64,000 nucleotides of DNA from a phage, in the sequence record PZ445523.1, one strand, 5' to 3'. The notes beneath the pieces are model-generated. The model saw only the letters and a list, made by a program, of their open reading frames with translations. It was not told the origin of the DNA and did no database searches. Position 1 is the stretch's first letter, and each line of letters starts with the position of its first letter. Below, in pieces: positions 1-8,905 of the stretch. The position numbers and the translations under genes are program-made.

Positions 1-1248
1 AGAATCTTTGAGCATATCAGTCAAAATTCCTCGGTGGTATTTTTCCATTACTAAATTAGTTTTTGTCTTAACAATTTTATCAAGTTCTTCTTGAAGCAGT
101 GCTATTTCATCAGCATGGTCAATAAACTCAGAAGATGCTTTTTCTATAGCCGCTTTAACTTTTTTAGCTTTATCTACCGTCGTGATTAGAGATTGCTTTT
201 TATTGCGAATATCATTTGCCAACGACTGTTGGGTTTTAATATTATCTCGGTATTCATCAACAAGAACTTTTAAATTATCACGATGTGTTGAAAGCTGTTC
301 AAACGAATGCGTACATTCAGAAACTTTATCTTTAATTTTAGAAACAACTTTATCACCGGAACTTAATTGTGACAAGCAGGTTGGACATAATCCACCTTCG
401 TGATACATATTAATGACTTTATTATACGAGTCAATTTTTGATTTAATTAAAACTGCTTCTTGACCGATTTTATTAAATGCATCAGTCGGGTCTTCATCTA
501 AAACAATATTAACTAATCTTTCGTTAGCTTCTTCTATTTCCGATTTTAGCGTTCTAGCTTCTTTTGCCAAATCATCATACATATTTTGCAGACGAGTAAG
601 GTTGTCACCCGTTAATTTTTTCTGGCGTTCAACGTTATCATTATATATTTTAATTTGTTGGATAATACTATCTTTTTTAACATCAAGCACTTGGTTCTGC
701 GAATTTAATTCACGTATTAGTGCTTTATTAAGCTTATCCATTTCAGCTAATGTTCCTACCTCAAGCAGGTCTTCCACAAGCTTTCTTCGCGCAGGGGTCG
801 ACAAACCCATGAAAGGGGTATACCCTGCTGTACCAAGGACAACAATCTGCTTGAAACTGGCATATGACATTCCGATAAGCTGTTCAAATTCTGCTTGGAA
901 ATCTTTACTGCTGGCAGATTCATTAAGACGTGTACCGTTAACGGTGATTTCGAAAACGTTTGGTTTTTGTCCTCTTTTGATATAGTACTTTTTCTCATCA
1001 TATTCCATCCACAGTTCAACTAAAAGTTCTTTCTTATTTGTGCTGTTTATTAATTGGCCTTTCTTTACATCACGAAATGGCTTGCCAAAAAGCCCAAATG
1101 TGATGGCTTCCAACATAGTAGACTTACCACCGCCATTTCGTCCAGTAATAAGAGTTTTTTGAACCTTATCTAATTGAATGTCAATAGGATTTCCACCTAC
1201 TGACATTATATTTTGATACCTAACTCGGTTTAGTTTAAAATTCTTCAC
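1..1248 (-). CDS. 46: Recombination endonuclease subunit gp46 (Rad50/SbcC-like ATPase); 3' end runs off the window
   Basis: Frame open from 1248 to window edge; GTG start preceded by AAGGA; Walker A GRNGGGKST; N-terminus matches recalled T4 gp46; lies downstream of gene 47. Confidence 0.85.
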   Translation of the reverse strand, partial: MKNFKLNRVRYQNIMSVGGNPIDIQLDKVQKTLITGRNGGGKSTMLEAITFGLFGKPFRDVKKGQLINSTNKKELLVELWMEYDEKKYYIKRGQKPNVFEITVNGTRLNESASSKDFQAEFEQLIGMSYASFKQIVVLGTAGYTPFMGLSTPARRKLVEDLLEVGTLAEMDKLNKALIRELNSQNQVLDVKKDSIIQQIKIYNDNVERQKKLTGDNLTRLQNMYDDLAKEARTLKSEIEEANERLVNIVLDEDPTDAFNKIGQEAVLIKSKIDSYNKVINMYHEGGLCPTCLSQLSSGDKVVSKIKDKVSECTHSFEQLSTHRDNLKVLVDEYRDNIKTQQSLANDIRNKKQSLITTVDKAKKVKAAIEKASSEFIDHADEIALLQEELDKIVKTKTNLVMEKYHRGILTDMLKDS

Positions 1249-1508
1249 AAAAGATTCCTTTTAATGTATCTTTTAGACCATTCTATCATATCATCATAAT
1301 CTAAAAAGTATTCATCAAATTCAGCCATGCAAACAACACCTTGCGCTGTTTTTGATGTAATATAAATTATTCCAACATATCTAGAATCTTCTTCTGTATA
1401 ATCAATATTTGCTATGAATTCATCATTAATGTCAAATGTCGAAAACTTCACAATACGCATCCTTAATACAAGATATAGCCATATCTCGCAATGATTTAGG
1501 TGTGTCAT
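1245..1508 (-). CDS. Hypothetical small protein between genes 47 and 46 (start uncertain)
   Basis: Stop overlaps gene 46 GTG start (GTGA); overlaps the upstream ORF in another frame, so the true start may be the internal ATG near 1460. Confidence 0.3.
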   Translation of the reverse strand: MTHLNHCEIWLYLVLRMRIVKFSTFDINDEFIANIDYTEEDSRYVGIIYITSKTAQGVVCMAEFDEYFLDYDDMIEWSKRYIKRNLL

Positions 1509-1695
1509 TATCTAAAATGTTGAAGTTAAAAGATACAGCCCAGTCAGTGCAGACCGTAACCTTTTTAATACAATTATCTTCAACCTCTAGTGGTTCAAAC
1601 CAGTATTCAATAATTTCTTTATGCCCAATATCATCTTTTACTTCGCATTCAAAATGCTGACTCATCATAACATTTTTAAATTCATCAAAAGTCAT
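1432..1695 (-). CDS. Hypothetical protein (87 aa)
   Basis: ATG overlaps gene 47 stop (ATGA coupling); same strand as flanking genes. Confidence 0.45.
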   Translation of the reverse strand: MTFDEFKNVMMSQHFECEVKDDIGHKEIIEYWFEPLEVEDNCIKKVTVCTDWAVSFNFNILDNDTPKSLRDMAISCIKDAYCEVFDI

Positions 1696-2711
1696 TGTGT
1701 TGCCTCTACATATAGCTGATTTGCATATTGAATAAGTGCTTCACGGTCAGAATCAGTGATGTCTGGAATTGCATTAATATACTCTTCCATTAATGTCTGA
1801 AGCGATTGAACTTCAACTTCTTCACTGTCATCTGACTCGACAGAGTTATCAATCTTTGACACAACTCGTAATGAATGCACAACTTTTTCTAGTTCAGATT
1901 CGAACTTCGTTAGATTTTTGTCTACTTCAGCTACTATAACACGTACTGATAGATTTGTAAAATCTTTATAGTCAATTTTTCCTTTAAATGGATAATGAAT
2001 TCTACGGTGCCAGGTAGTATTGTTTGGAATAAATTCCATTCGTTCTGTTTCTGTATCAAACATCCAGAACCCACGAGGGTCATTCTCGTCACCTGCAGTT
2101 AGTGTCCATGGTGTCCCAATATATCTGACGTTAGCAGCCTCAGAGATAGTATGGAAGTGACCAGACCACACCTCTTTATAAGTCTTAAGGAAATCAGGTT
2201 CAAGACCGTGAGATTTCATTCCTTTATAAAAATAAAATCCATTCAGCTCCCAGTGACCAACACAAAAAGAAGCAGATGAAGTTTTGATGTGCTCAAGAAT
2301 TTCACCAGTATTTTCTTCGCACATCCAAGGAATCAAATCAATCAAACATCCGTCAAAATCTACTGTAGTAGGCTTATCATATACTTTAACATTAGGATAT
2401 TTAGCCAAAAGCTCAGTAGAAGCATTTGGAGTTAAAGTATTTTTAAAGTGCATATCATGGTTTCCTACAACAGTATGTAGGGTAATACCAGCATCATCAA
2501 GCATTTGAACTATTTCACGAGCGAACTCCATAGTTTTATGCGTGATTGCTTTTCGCACATCAAAAATATCGCCGTATTGAATCCAGGTAGTAATTCCATT
2601 TTTCTTAGAATATTCTATCGCTTGCTTAATTCCATCCAACTGAATGGATTGAACCCACTCATCATCGGCTTTAACGCCTAAATGCCAATCACCTAAATTT
2701 AAAATTTTCAT
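1692..2711 (-). CDS. 47: Recombination endonuclease subunit gp47 (Mre11/SbcD-like nuclease)
   Basis: 339 aa; calcineurin-like phosphoesterase motifs (GDWH, GNHD, GHFH); length and sequence match T4 gp47. Confidence 0.92.
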   Translation of the reverse strand: MKILNLGDWHLGVKADDEWVQSIQLDGIKQAIEYSKKNGITTWIQYGDIFDVRKAITHKTMEFAREIVQMLDDAGITLHTVVGNHDMHFKNTLTPNASTELLAKYPNVKVYDKPTTVDFDGCLIDLIPWMCEENTGEILEHIKTSSASFCVGHWELNGFYFYKGMKSHGLEPDFLKTYKEVWSGHFHTISEAANVRYIGTPWTLTAGDENDPRGFWMFDTETERMEFIPNNTTWHRRIHYPFKGKIDYKDFTNLSVRVIVAEVDKNLTKFESELEKVVHSLRVVSKIDNSVESDDSEEVEVQSLQTLMEEYINAIPDITDSDREALIQYANQLYVEATQ

Positions 2712-2848
2712 ATATCAAGAACCGTCATTGAAATGCAAAATAAAATTATTGAAATAAATCCATCTGGAGTGCTAAAGAACCCAATCCAACATGCTCTAGT
2801 GAATAGATAAAATGCAAGAAAAAGTATCACATATCCAAGAAATATCAT
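2708..2848 (-). CDS. Small hydrophobic protein (about 46 aa)
   Basis: Hand-translated ORF MIFLGYVILFLAFYLF...; GGAG about 10 nt upstream; stop overlaps gene 47 ATG; below the ORF-track size cut-off. Confidence 0.35.
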   Translation of the reverse strand: MIFLGYVILFLAFYLFTRACWIGFFSTPDGFISIILFCISMTVLDI

Positions 2849-2873
2849 TATATCAAACTCCGTATAAAGCTAA

Positions 2874-2887
2874 AGGGCCGAAGCCCT
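2874..2887 (-). terminator. Stem-loop with UUCG tetraloop just after agt
   Basis: Minus-strand RNA GGGCUUCGGCCC immediately after the agt stop; weak U tract, so may be an RNA-stability hairpin rather than a strong terminator. Confidence 0.45.
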
Positions 2888-4090
2888 TTATTTTGTAATA
2901 ATGTCAAACTGTTCTTTAAAGCAGAAGCTTGAATCTTGATGCTGATACAAAAATTCATATGCTTTTTCACGTTCGCGGTCATAAAGAGCTCGGTCAGATG
3001 ACAGTTCTTTAATACGTTCAAATGTTGATTCCATGTCATTTTCATCAAACCAAATGATACCGCTATCATGCGAGGTCAAAGGAGTATTATCAACACGGAA
3101 TTTTAAATTTTCGCCAGTAGATTTCCAAAATACCGGAATTGTTCCACATGCACCAAGCTCGAGATGAGTATATTCTAAAGAACGTTGTAGATATTTTTTG
3201 TCCAACTTACTCAACTGATAACCAAATCCGGATTTACTCATGCGTTCAAGCATTTCGCTATTTACATAACGGTCAAGAATTTGCGTTGGCAAATTAGGAG
3301 CAATTTTAATTTGGTCTACTTGATGAAGACGATAATACTCGTATGGAATTCCTTTTTCTTTAATAGGAATGAACGCTGGAGAACGTTCCAGACCTTCCAT
3401 AATAGTACTTAGTCCTGCAGGTTTAAGATGTTTTTCATGAAAATCAAACATCTGATAAAAACCTTTCCATGTAGTCGTACGACCAATCCAACGGTTGATA
3501 TTCATGTTAATTTCAGAAACATCTTTCCAGTATGTTGATCGAACCTTTGCAATATCCATCGGAGGCTGAAAGTTATATACGGTCGGTGCTTCTTCAATAT
3601 CATCAAACAGAGAAACAGTTTCTGGATACCACTCTTTCATCAGAACTTTATTAAAATCACCATTATCAGAATGGCTAAAAATAATATCAGCTCGACGAAC
3701 AGTTTCTTCTAATCCCAAATTTCGACGCAAAGAAAGAGAAGAATGGTCATGCTGATAAACTACAACACGAACCGAAGGTTTAATGTTATCAATAATTTTT
3801 TTATAGTTATTAATAGTGTCTTCTTCAACTGAAGTAGCAGGAACTGAATTGATAATTAGAATATCACAATCATTTACCAGCTTAAGTGTTTTATCGTATT
3901 CTTTTGCCAATAAAACCGGAATTGAAAATGATTTATAATCATGTGCACAGTTACGAGTAAATGATTTATCTTTAGCATAAACCAAAGTTACTTCATGACC
4001 ATTTTTAATAAACCAATCACGCTGCTCGAGTGAGAATTTTGTTACACCACAACCTTCAAGACCTCGAGCCATAAAAATACATACTTTCAT
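2888..4090 (-). CDS. agt: DNA alpha-glucosyltransferase (glucosylates hydroxymethylcytosine)
   Basis: 400 aa; near full-length identity to recalled T4 alpha-gt (MRICIFMARGLEGCGVTKFSLEQRDWFIKNGHEV...). Confidence 0.95.
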   Translation of the reverse strand: MKVCIFMARGLEGCGVTKFSLEQRDWFIKNGHEVTLVYAKDKSFTRNCAHDYKSFSIPVLLAKEYDKTLKLVNDCDILIINSVPATSVEEDTINNYKKIIDNIKPSVRVVVYQHDHSSLSLRRNLGLEETVRRADIIFSHSDNGDFNKVLMKEWYPETVSLFDDIEEAPTVYNFQPPMDIAKVRSTYWKDVSEINMNINRWIGRTTTWKGFYQMFDFHEKHLKPAGLSTIMEGLERSPAFIPIKEKGIPYEYYRLHQVDQIKIAPNLPTQILDRYVNSEMLERMSKSGFGYQLSKLDKKYLQRSLEYTHLELGACGTIPVFWKSTGENLKFRVDNTPLTSHDSGIIWFDENDMESTFERIKELSSDRALYDREREKAYEFLYQHQDSSFCFKEQFDIITK

Positions 4091-4142
4091 TTAATATCCT
4101 CTTTGTTTTGGTTTATTTTACCAAAAATTTATAAAGCAATAT

Positions 4143-4158
4143 AGGAGCCGAAGCTCCT
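4143..4158 (-). terminator. Stem-loop with UUCG tetraloop
   Basis: Minus-strand GGAGCUUCGGCUCC hairpin in the intergenic region upstream of agt. Confidence 0.4.
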
Positions 4159-4333
4159 ATCCACATAATACGCCATACAGAGGCTCGTTAGAACTTTTAA
4201 ATTTTATGCGCTTATATGTTATAGTTCCTTCTGCTTTAGCTTTATCATGAGACTCTTTAAAGCGTCTCATCATTTCCTCTTTAGAGGAACGAATTTTATT
4301 ATAATCTATTTCAGAAGTCTGGGTGTTCATCTT

Positions 4334-4540
4334 TCACAGTTGCCACCATTTTTTAACTTGATAAGAATCAACCCACACTTTCATATTAGGGTCTGCTCTT
4401 ACAATAGGAGGATTAACTTCTTTAATTGAACTATCATGGTATTCTTTTTCAGAAATTTTCACACAAAGATGACCATTCAAAGATTCAGTAAATCCTGCAT
4501 TAATTTTAAGACGCTTGAATTTTACGTGTGTAAGCATCAA
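4334..4540 (-). CDS. Hypothetical protein (68 aa)
   Basis: ORF on the early strand between gene 55 and agt; no recognisable motif. Confidence 0.4.
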   Translation of the reverse strand: MMLTHVKFKRLKINAGFTESLNGHLCVKISEKEYHDSSIKEVNPPIVRADPNMKVWVDSYQVKKWWQL

Positions 4541-4823
4541 TCATATCCTCAATTTGCGATCTAGTAGTCTTCCAAAGAATACTGATGAGTTCATCGTTAT
4601 ATGGCTGTTTTAGAATATCCCGACTTTTCTTGATAGCATATTCGTATTGAGCAAAATTATTATTTTCAGCTGCAATCTGAGCGTGCTTATAAAGACGATT
4701 CAGTTCGCGTTTGTTTTTAGACAATAACTTATTTGCTTTTCTTTCTGCTTCAAGACGGTTCTTTTCTTCAATAGAAGAAATAAGCTTTTCCACTTCATCA
4801 TTAATTTCGGGTTTATCAGTCAT
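4506..4823 (-). CDS. Hypothetical protein (105 aa), predicted helical
   Basis: ORF on the early strand; start adjacent to the upstream ORF stop. Confidence 0.5.
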   Translation of the reverse strand: MTDKPEINDEVEKLISSIEEKNRLEAERKANKLLSKNKRELNRLYKHAQIAAENNNFAQYEYAIKKSRDILKQPYNDELISILWKTTRSQIEDMIDAYTRKIQAS

Positions 4824-4824
4824 A

Positions 4825-5043
4825 TTATTTCTCTAATATAAAATAAAAATCATCATCTGTTAAATGATACCGATAGTTTAATTCTACACCATTAGATTTA
4901 AAAGCGGTATCATACGGATTTTCTGGATCAATATCAATGTCAAGAGCTAAAACTTCCCTGAGATACATTTTAAGTAAATAGGGAATAGCTTCAACTTCAG
5001 GTATTTCTTCCAAGAATCCGGAGAGGTTAATCGTTAGCCTCAT
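4825..5043 (-). CDS. Hypothetical protein (72 aa)
   Basis: ORF immediately downstream of gene 55 on the same strand. Confidence 0.5.
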
Positions 5044-5584
5044 ATAAAAAATCCAAACTAGGAGAATCGTCTACAACACTTTTCTTTTCAGCCCCCGGTG
5101 TTCTATAGGTTGATTCTTCGTAATGCGTCATTTTATCGTAGATGTCTTGAATAAAAGTTTCATCTACTAACGCAACCATATCGTCGTCACGGCTGTCATA
5201 GACATTGTGAACGAAGTAACTATATTTCTTTGCAACTTCCTTACGTTCTTTTTTAATACGTTGGACGAATGCATTAAAACAAGCTTGAGTTATATACGCA
5301 TGTGGGTTTTTATATTTCGTTTCATCAAAATTGTGAAGTCCCTTAATAGAAGCTTCTATACCATCTGCAATCATTTCTTGTTTCCAAGACTGGGTGTATC
5401 CTGAAAAGTTGAAACGTTTAGATAAGCCTTCTGCAATAAGCATAATGGCTAATCCGATAGTATCATTCTGACGAACTACTTTATTTGGGTCTTTATTATT
5501 TGCTAATTCTGTTTTCCAATCAATAATAGCTTGTAAAAGCTCTTTATTGTTTACGTAATTATATTTAGGCTTAGTTTCTGACAT
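5027..5584 (-). CDS. 55: Late-transcription sigma factor gp55
   Basis: 185 aa from ATG at 5584 ([17 protein letters not shown]...); matches T4 gp55; the ORF track starts two codons earlier at an in-frame GTG. Confidence 0.93.
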
Positions 5585-5662
5585 TTTCACCTCTTAGCTC
5601 AATTCATAGATCTATTATATCATAATATTTGAAGATCTATCTTAAAGCATAGAGGATATCAG

Positions 5663-5932
5663 TTATCTAAGTAAGCAGTATGCTTGGAACACTTTCTCCA
5701 TCATCTTTTTAAATTCATGAATATCTATGTAATGATCATTAATATCAGCGCGATATAAAAAGTCTAAAAACTTTTTATGGGTATTAGAATATTTACTTCC
5801 AGTTAATTCAGAAACATGGCTTTCCCAATATCCAACACCAGTTTTATTTGGGAAAAATGAAATTTTCATGTATTGGTCAACATAGAAAATACCAAAATTT
5901 TCAATAGCAATAGAAATATTAATTAATTTCAT
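5663..5932 (-). CDS. Hypothetical protein (89 aa)
   Basis: ORF on the early strand in the 55-nrdH interval. Confidence 0.5.
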   Translation of the reverse strand: MKLINISIAIENFGIFYVDQYMKISFFPNKTGVGYWESHVSELTGSKYSNTHKKFLDFLYRADINDHYIDIHEFKKMMEKVFQAYCLLR

Positions 5933-6144
5933 ACATTCATCAACTTAGCCGCTTCAAGAGCTGCATCTAGTGAATCAAACTGGTCAACGTATTCAATCAA
6001 TTCGCCGTAATTGGCATATAACCACCATTGGCTAAATTCATACTCAAGGATGAATCCATTTCCTTCAATTTGAGTTAAACCAATGCCGTTTGTATTTACT
6101 TCATATCCGGCAAGACGCAAATCGTTAATAAGAGCTTCGTTCAT
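5929..6144 (-). CDS. Hypothetical protein (71 aa)
   Basis: Start overlaps... stop overlaps the downstream ORF start (coupled). Confidence 0.5.
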   Translation of the reverse strand: MNEALINDLRLAGYEVNTNGIGLTQIEGNGFILEYEFSQWWLYANYGELIEYVDQFDSLDAALEAAKLMNV

Positions 6145-6153
6145 AATTATACC

Positions 6154-6474
6154 TTAGTAATTTTCAGGTCTGCAAATTTTTTTCTTGCGTTGATTTTTCA
6201 TGCGACGAATAGTTTTATCGGAAATTTCATGCTTTTGATAAGCTTTAGATTCTACACCAAAAGCTTTAACATCAAATTCTGACAAGATATATTGAACCAA
6301 CAATTCACGGATAGTGTTGCGTCCAATCTTCTGATCATTCTGTTTCATCGTCTGATGAAGCTCTTTTTCCCATTTATCCAAAATTTGAGGAGTTACAATA
6401 TCGCCTTTTTCTAGTAAAGAAACTACTTTATCATATGCGTAAGAATTGATGGCGTTTTTAATTTGAATAGTCAT
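6154..6474 (-). CDS. Hypothetical protein (106 aa)
   Basis: ORF on the early strand; basic C-terminus. Confidence 0.5.
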   Translation of the reverse strand: MTIQIKNAINSYAYDKVVSLLEKGDIVTPQILDKWEKELHQTMKQNDQKIGRNTIRELLVQYILSEFDVKAFGVESKAYQKHEISDKTIRRMKNQRKKKICRPENY

Positions 6475-6512
6475 ACATTATCCTCAATTGCGTTAAAATT
6501 TTATTATCCAAA

Positions 6513-6527
6513 AAGGGCCGAAGCCCT
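6513..6527 (-). terminator. Stem-loop with UUCG tetraloop
   Basis: GGGCUUCGGCCC on the minus-strand RNA at the end of ORF 6527..6727. Confidence 0.45.
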
Positions 6528-6727
6528 TAGCTAAACTTTTTGGCACCCTTCCAGCCTTCGTACATCATTGCGGCTGATATTAATATTGCTCCTGAGCAAC
6601 TTGAATATTTGTGATTCCAAAACCAGTTTAGAAAAACTTCGTCATCAATACCTTGGGCTATCATATTTTCAAAGAACTGACGACGAGCTTCGGCAATTCG
6701 CTGCGATAATTTAGATTCAGGATTCAT
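6527..6727 (-). CDS. Hypothetical protein (66 aa)
   Basis: ORF on the early strand followed by a tetraloop hairpin. Confidence 0.45.
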   Translation of the reverse strand: MNPESKLSQRIAEARRQFFENMIAQGIDDEVFLNWFWNHKYSSCSGAILISAAMMYEGWKGAKKFS

Positions 6728-6867
6728 TTAAATTTTCCAGTTACCGTTTTCATCAATAAATTCAATCCAGTCATTTACTGACCACTTAGTTGTATCACCT
6801 TTTTGGAGTAACATTTAAAGTGTATAACCCCTGCTTAAAAAGCATTCGTTTGATATTCATATTTTCC

Positions 6868-7161
6868 TCAGCTGTAACGATAACACTCGTTTGATTTACG
6901 TTTAGCAACTCGTTGAGATGTATTATAATCTAATTCATCGTCGATGTAAACATCTTTTTTCAACTTTCTCACTTCATTACGTAATTGACGATTTAATTCA
7001 TTCTTAACCTCTGAATCAACACCTCGCATACGTCGCCATTTATCTGAACGAAAAATGTTTTCAACCATATCTTTATGACTTACACCATCAGGAGCTTTAC
7101 GCTTTCCGAAATAGTCATAATCACGTACTTTTAAATCTTTACGACGATACGTTTTACCCAT
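6868..7161 (-). CDS. Hypothetical basic protein (start uncertain)
   Basis: Internal ATG (MGKTYRRKDLK...) avoids overlap with the upstream ORF; Lys/Arg-rich. Confidence 0.4.
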   Translation of the reverse strand: MGKTYRRKDLKVRDYDYFGKRKAPDGVSHKDMVENIFRSDKWRRMRGVDSEVKNELNRQLRNEVRKLKKDVYIDDELDYNTSQRVAKRKSNECYRYS

Positions 7162-7336
7162 GGAGTTTAATTTCCTTAGCAACTGAACTAAATACAGCAC
7201 GGTCACAAATCATCTGTTTATGTAACTTAAGTATAAGATAATAAACTTCAAAACCGTTTACATAAGTAACACGAACAACATTACCATTAATAAAATAATA
7301 TTGTCCCCTTTTAATTTCTTTATCAACCACAACCAT
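7154..7336 (-). CDS. Hypothetical protein (60 aa)
   Basis: ORF directly downstream of the early promoter at about 7367-7396. Confidence 0.45.
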   Translation of the reverse strand: MVVVDKEIKRGQYYFINGNVVRVTYVNGFEVYYLILKLHKQMICDRAVFSSVAKEIKLHG

Positions 7337-7366
7337 ATCAAATCCTCAAAGGCAATTCATATGTCA

Positions 7367-7396
7367 ATAATACCACAGTTTGAACTTGTTGTAAAC
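7367..7396 (-). promoter_or_regulatory. Early promoter (GTTTACA -35, TATTAT -10, A/T-rich upstream)
   Basis: Minus-strand GTTGTTTACA, 17-nt spacer, TATTAT; member of the repeated early-promoter family in this window. Confidence 0.5.
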
Positions 7397-7477
7397 AACT
7401 TTGTGAAAAATATTTTAGGGAATGACAAGAAGGGAACGATAGCTTAGAATGGTAATATACAGAATGCGAGAAAGAAA

Positions 7478-7492
7478 GGCCCAGAGGGCCCG
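7478..7492 (-). terminator. GC-rich stem-loop after nrdH
   Basis: ggcccagagggcc palindrome right after the nrdH stop. Confidence 0.4.
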
Positions 7493-7494
7493 TC

Positions 7495-7818
7495 TTAATC
7501 TTCTATGATATCTCTATCATATCCAAGTGAAATGAGAGTTTCTTTGAAGTGTTTAATGTTCTTTTGTCTAGAATCATTAATGAAAATGACTGGATAACGA
7601 ATGTTAAGAGATGTGAATCCAGCGCGTTTAGCAAGAGATACAATCAGTGGACGATCATACTCAATCTTACCGTTATTTGTAAGAACTTTATAGAAAGTAA
7701 AAGGAGCATTGAGCTCCTTTAGAAGTTTTGTAACTGATTGACATCCAGGACAACGACCTACTTCATCTGGAATTCCATAGACTTCAATCTTATTCTTTAA
7801 GTTCGAGTTTTGTTCCAC
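7495..7818 (-). CDS. nrdH: Glutaredoxin-like protein NrdH (start uncertain)
   Basis: CPGC redox motif in a thioredoxin-fold context (EVYGIPDEVGRCPGCQSV); lies upstream of nrdG/nrdD as in T4; ORF-track N-terminal extension rejected; GTG at 7818 is the nearest in-frame start. Confidence 0.6.
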   Translation of the reverse strand: MEQNSNLKNKIEVYGIPDEVGRCPGCQSVTKLLKELNAPFTFYKVLTNNGKIEYDRPLIVSLAKRAGFTSLNIRYPVIFINDSRQKNIKHFKETLISLGYDRDIIED

Positions 7819-8101
7819 GAGAAATAATTCCTTGGTAAGCCCAATAAGGAGGATTAACAGAATCATCACCAGAATTTTCTTCAGGGAAATAAACCTGGAT
7901 AACGAAGCCGGATTCATCAAAGGTGAAATAAGTAGTAGGCAGTTCACCTAACAAATCGGCACGAGCGTTGATTTCTTCGAGGTCTTGTTCACGTCCAGCC
8001 CAGAAGCTTGGGTTCAGACTACATTCATAGAAATAATAGTCATTACCGAACATATCAAAACCATTCCAACTCTCTACTACATACCGCTCAAAACTAATCA
8101 T
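7790..8101 (-). CDS. Hypothetical protein (103 aa)
   Basis: ORF with globular-looking composition; coupled to neighbours. Confidence 0.5.
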   Translation of the reverse strand: MISFERYVVESWNGFDMFGNDYYFYECSLNPSFWAGREQDLEEINARADLLGELPTTYFTFDESGFVIQVYFPEENSGDDSVNPPYWAYQGIISRGTKLELKE

Positions 8102-8103
8102 AA

Positions 8104-8319
8104 TTAAGCCTTTTTATCAAGAACAGCATTCAGCTTGTTAGTAATTTTATCCAGACGCTCATTGAACTCACTAGAAGATAAGCCCTTTTCTGGAGAAATT
8201 AAACTAATAACGAAAAATACAACAATAAAAGGAATAAGAAAAATAGCTCCAACTGCCATAAACAGAAAGAATGTTACAGTTGTAAGAAAATCAGCTAAAC
8301 CTTTACGAAATTTATACAT
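8104..8319 (-). CDS. Small membrane protein (71 aa)
   Basis: Two predicted transmembrane helices (FFLFMAVGAIFLIPFIVVFFVISLI). Confidence 0.5.
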   Translation of the reverse strand: MYKFRKGLADFLTTVTFFLFMAVGAIFLIPFIVVFFVISLISPEKGLSSSEFNERLDKITNKLNAVLDKKA

Positions 8320-8434
8320 ATTTTACCCTTAATTGATTAACCAAGCATTAATAAGCACTAAACTATATTGCGAATAAAATTCTGGACCAAAATGAAAAAT
8401 CATATCATTTATAGTATCCATAATGTAATTCAAT

Positions 8435-8905
8435 TTAATCATGTGTCCACCCCTCATCGGTATTTGACCAAAGTCGCTGATTATCTGATCCTCGCCACAG
8501 CTTTTTGGTAGGAAGATTTTTCTCATACTTCCCATCAATAATAACATCAACATATTTAAGCATTTCTAGTTGTTTAATATCTTCAAACTTATATCCTGTC
8601 CACAACCAAATGCTTTTATTGGGATAAAGATTTTTAATAGTTTGAACCACAGAGTGAATCACGTCTCTGTTATCAGGATAAAGAGGGTCTCCTCCAGTTA
8701 TAGTTAATCCTTCTATATAATCATTATTCAAACATTCAATTAATTGCTCTAGTGTTTCACCAGTGAATGGAATGCCATTTCTAGCATTCCATGTTGATTT
8801 ATTATAACACCCTTCACATTTATGCAAACAACCTGTAACGAAAAGAACGACCCTGCAACCAGGGCCATTCACAAAATCGCAAGGATAAAATCTATCATAA
8901 TTCAT
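8435..8905 (-). CDS. nrdG: Anaerobic ribonucleotide reductase activating enzyme (radical SAM)
   Basis: 156 aa; CxxxCxxC radical-SAM cluster (CLHKCEGC); matches T4 NrdG; start overlaps nrdD stop. Confidence 0.92.
   Translation of the reverse strand: MNYDRFYPCDFVNGPGCRVVLFVTGCLHKCEGCYNKSTWNARNGIPFTGETLEQLIECLNNDYIEGLTITGGDPLYPDNRDVIHSVVQTIKNLYPNKSIWLWTGYKFEDIKQLEMLKYVDVIIDGKYEKNLPTKKLWRGSDNQRLWSNTDEGWTHD

Noticed and set aside
602-1019. ORFs 602..985 (+) and 756..1019 (-) inside gene 46
   Set aside because: Both lie within the gene 46 reading frame region, which is supported by strong homology; they are alternative-frame or antisense artifacts.
7495-7947. 150-aa version of the NrdH ORF with a hydrophobic N-terminal extension
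   Set aside because: The extension overlaps ORF 7790..8101 by about 150 nt in another frame and looks like out-of-frame translation; only the C-terminal thioredoxin-fold portion is credible.
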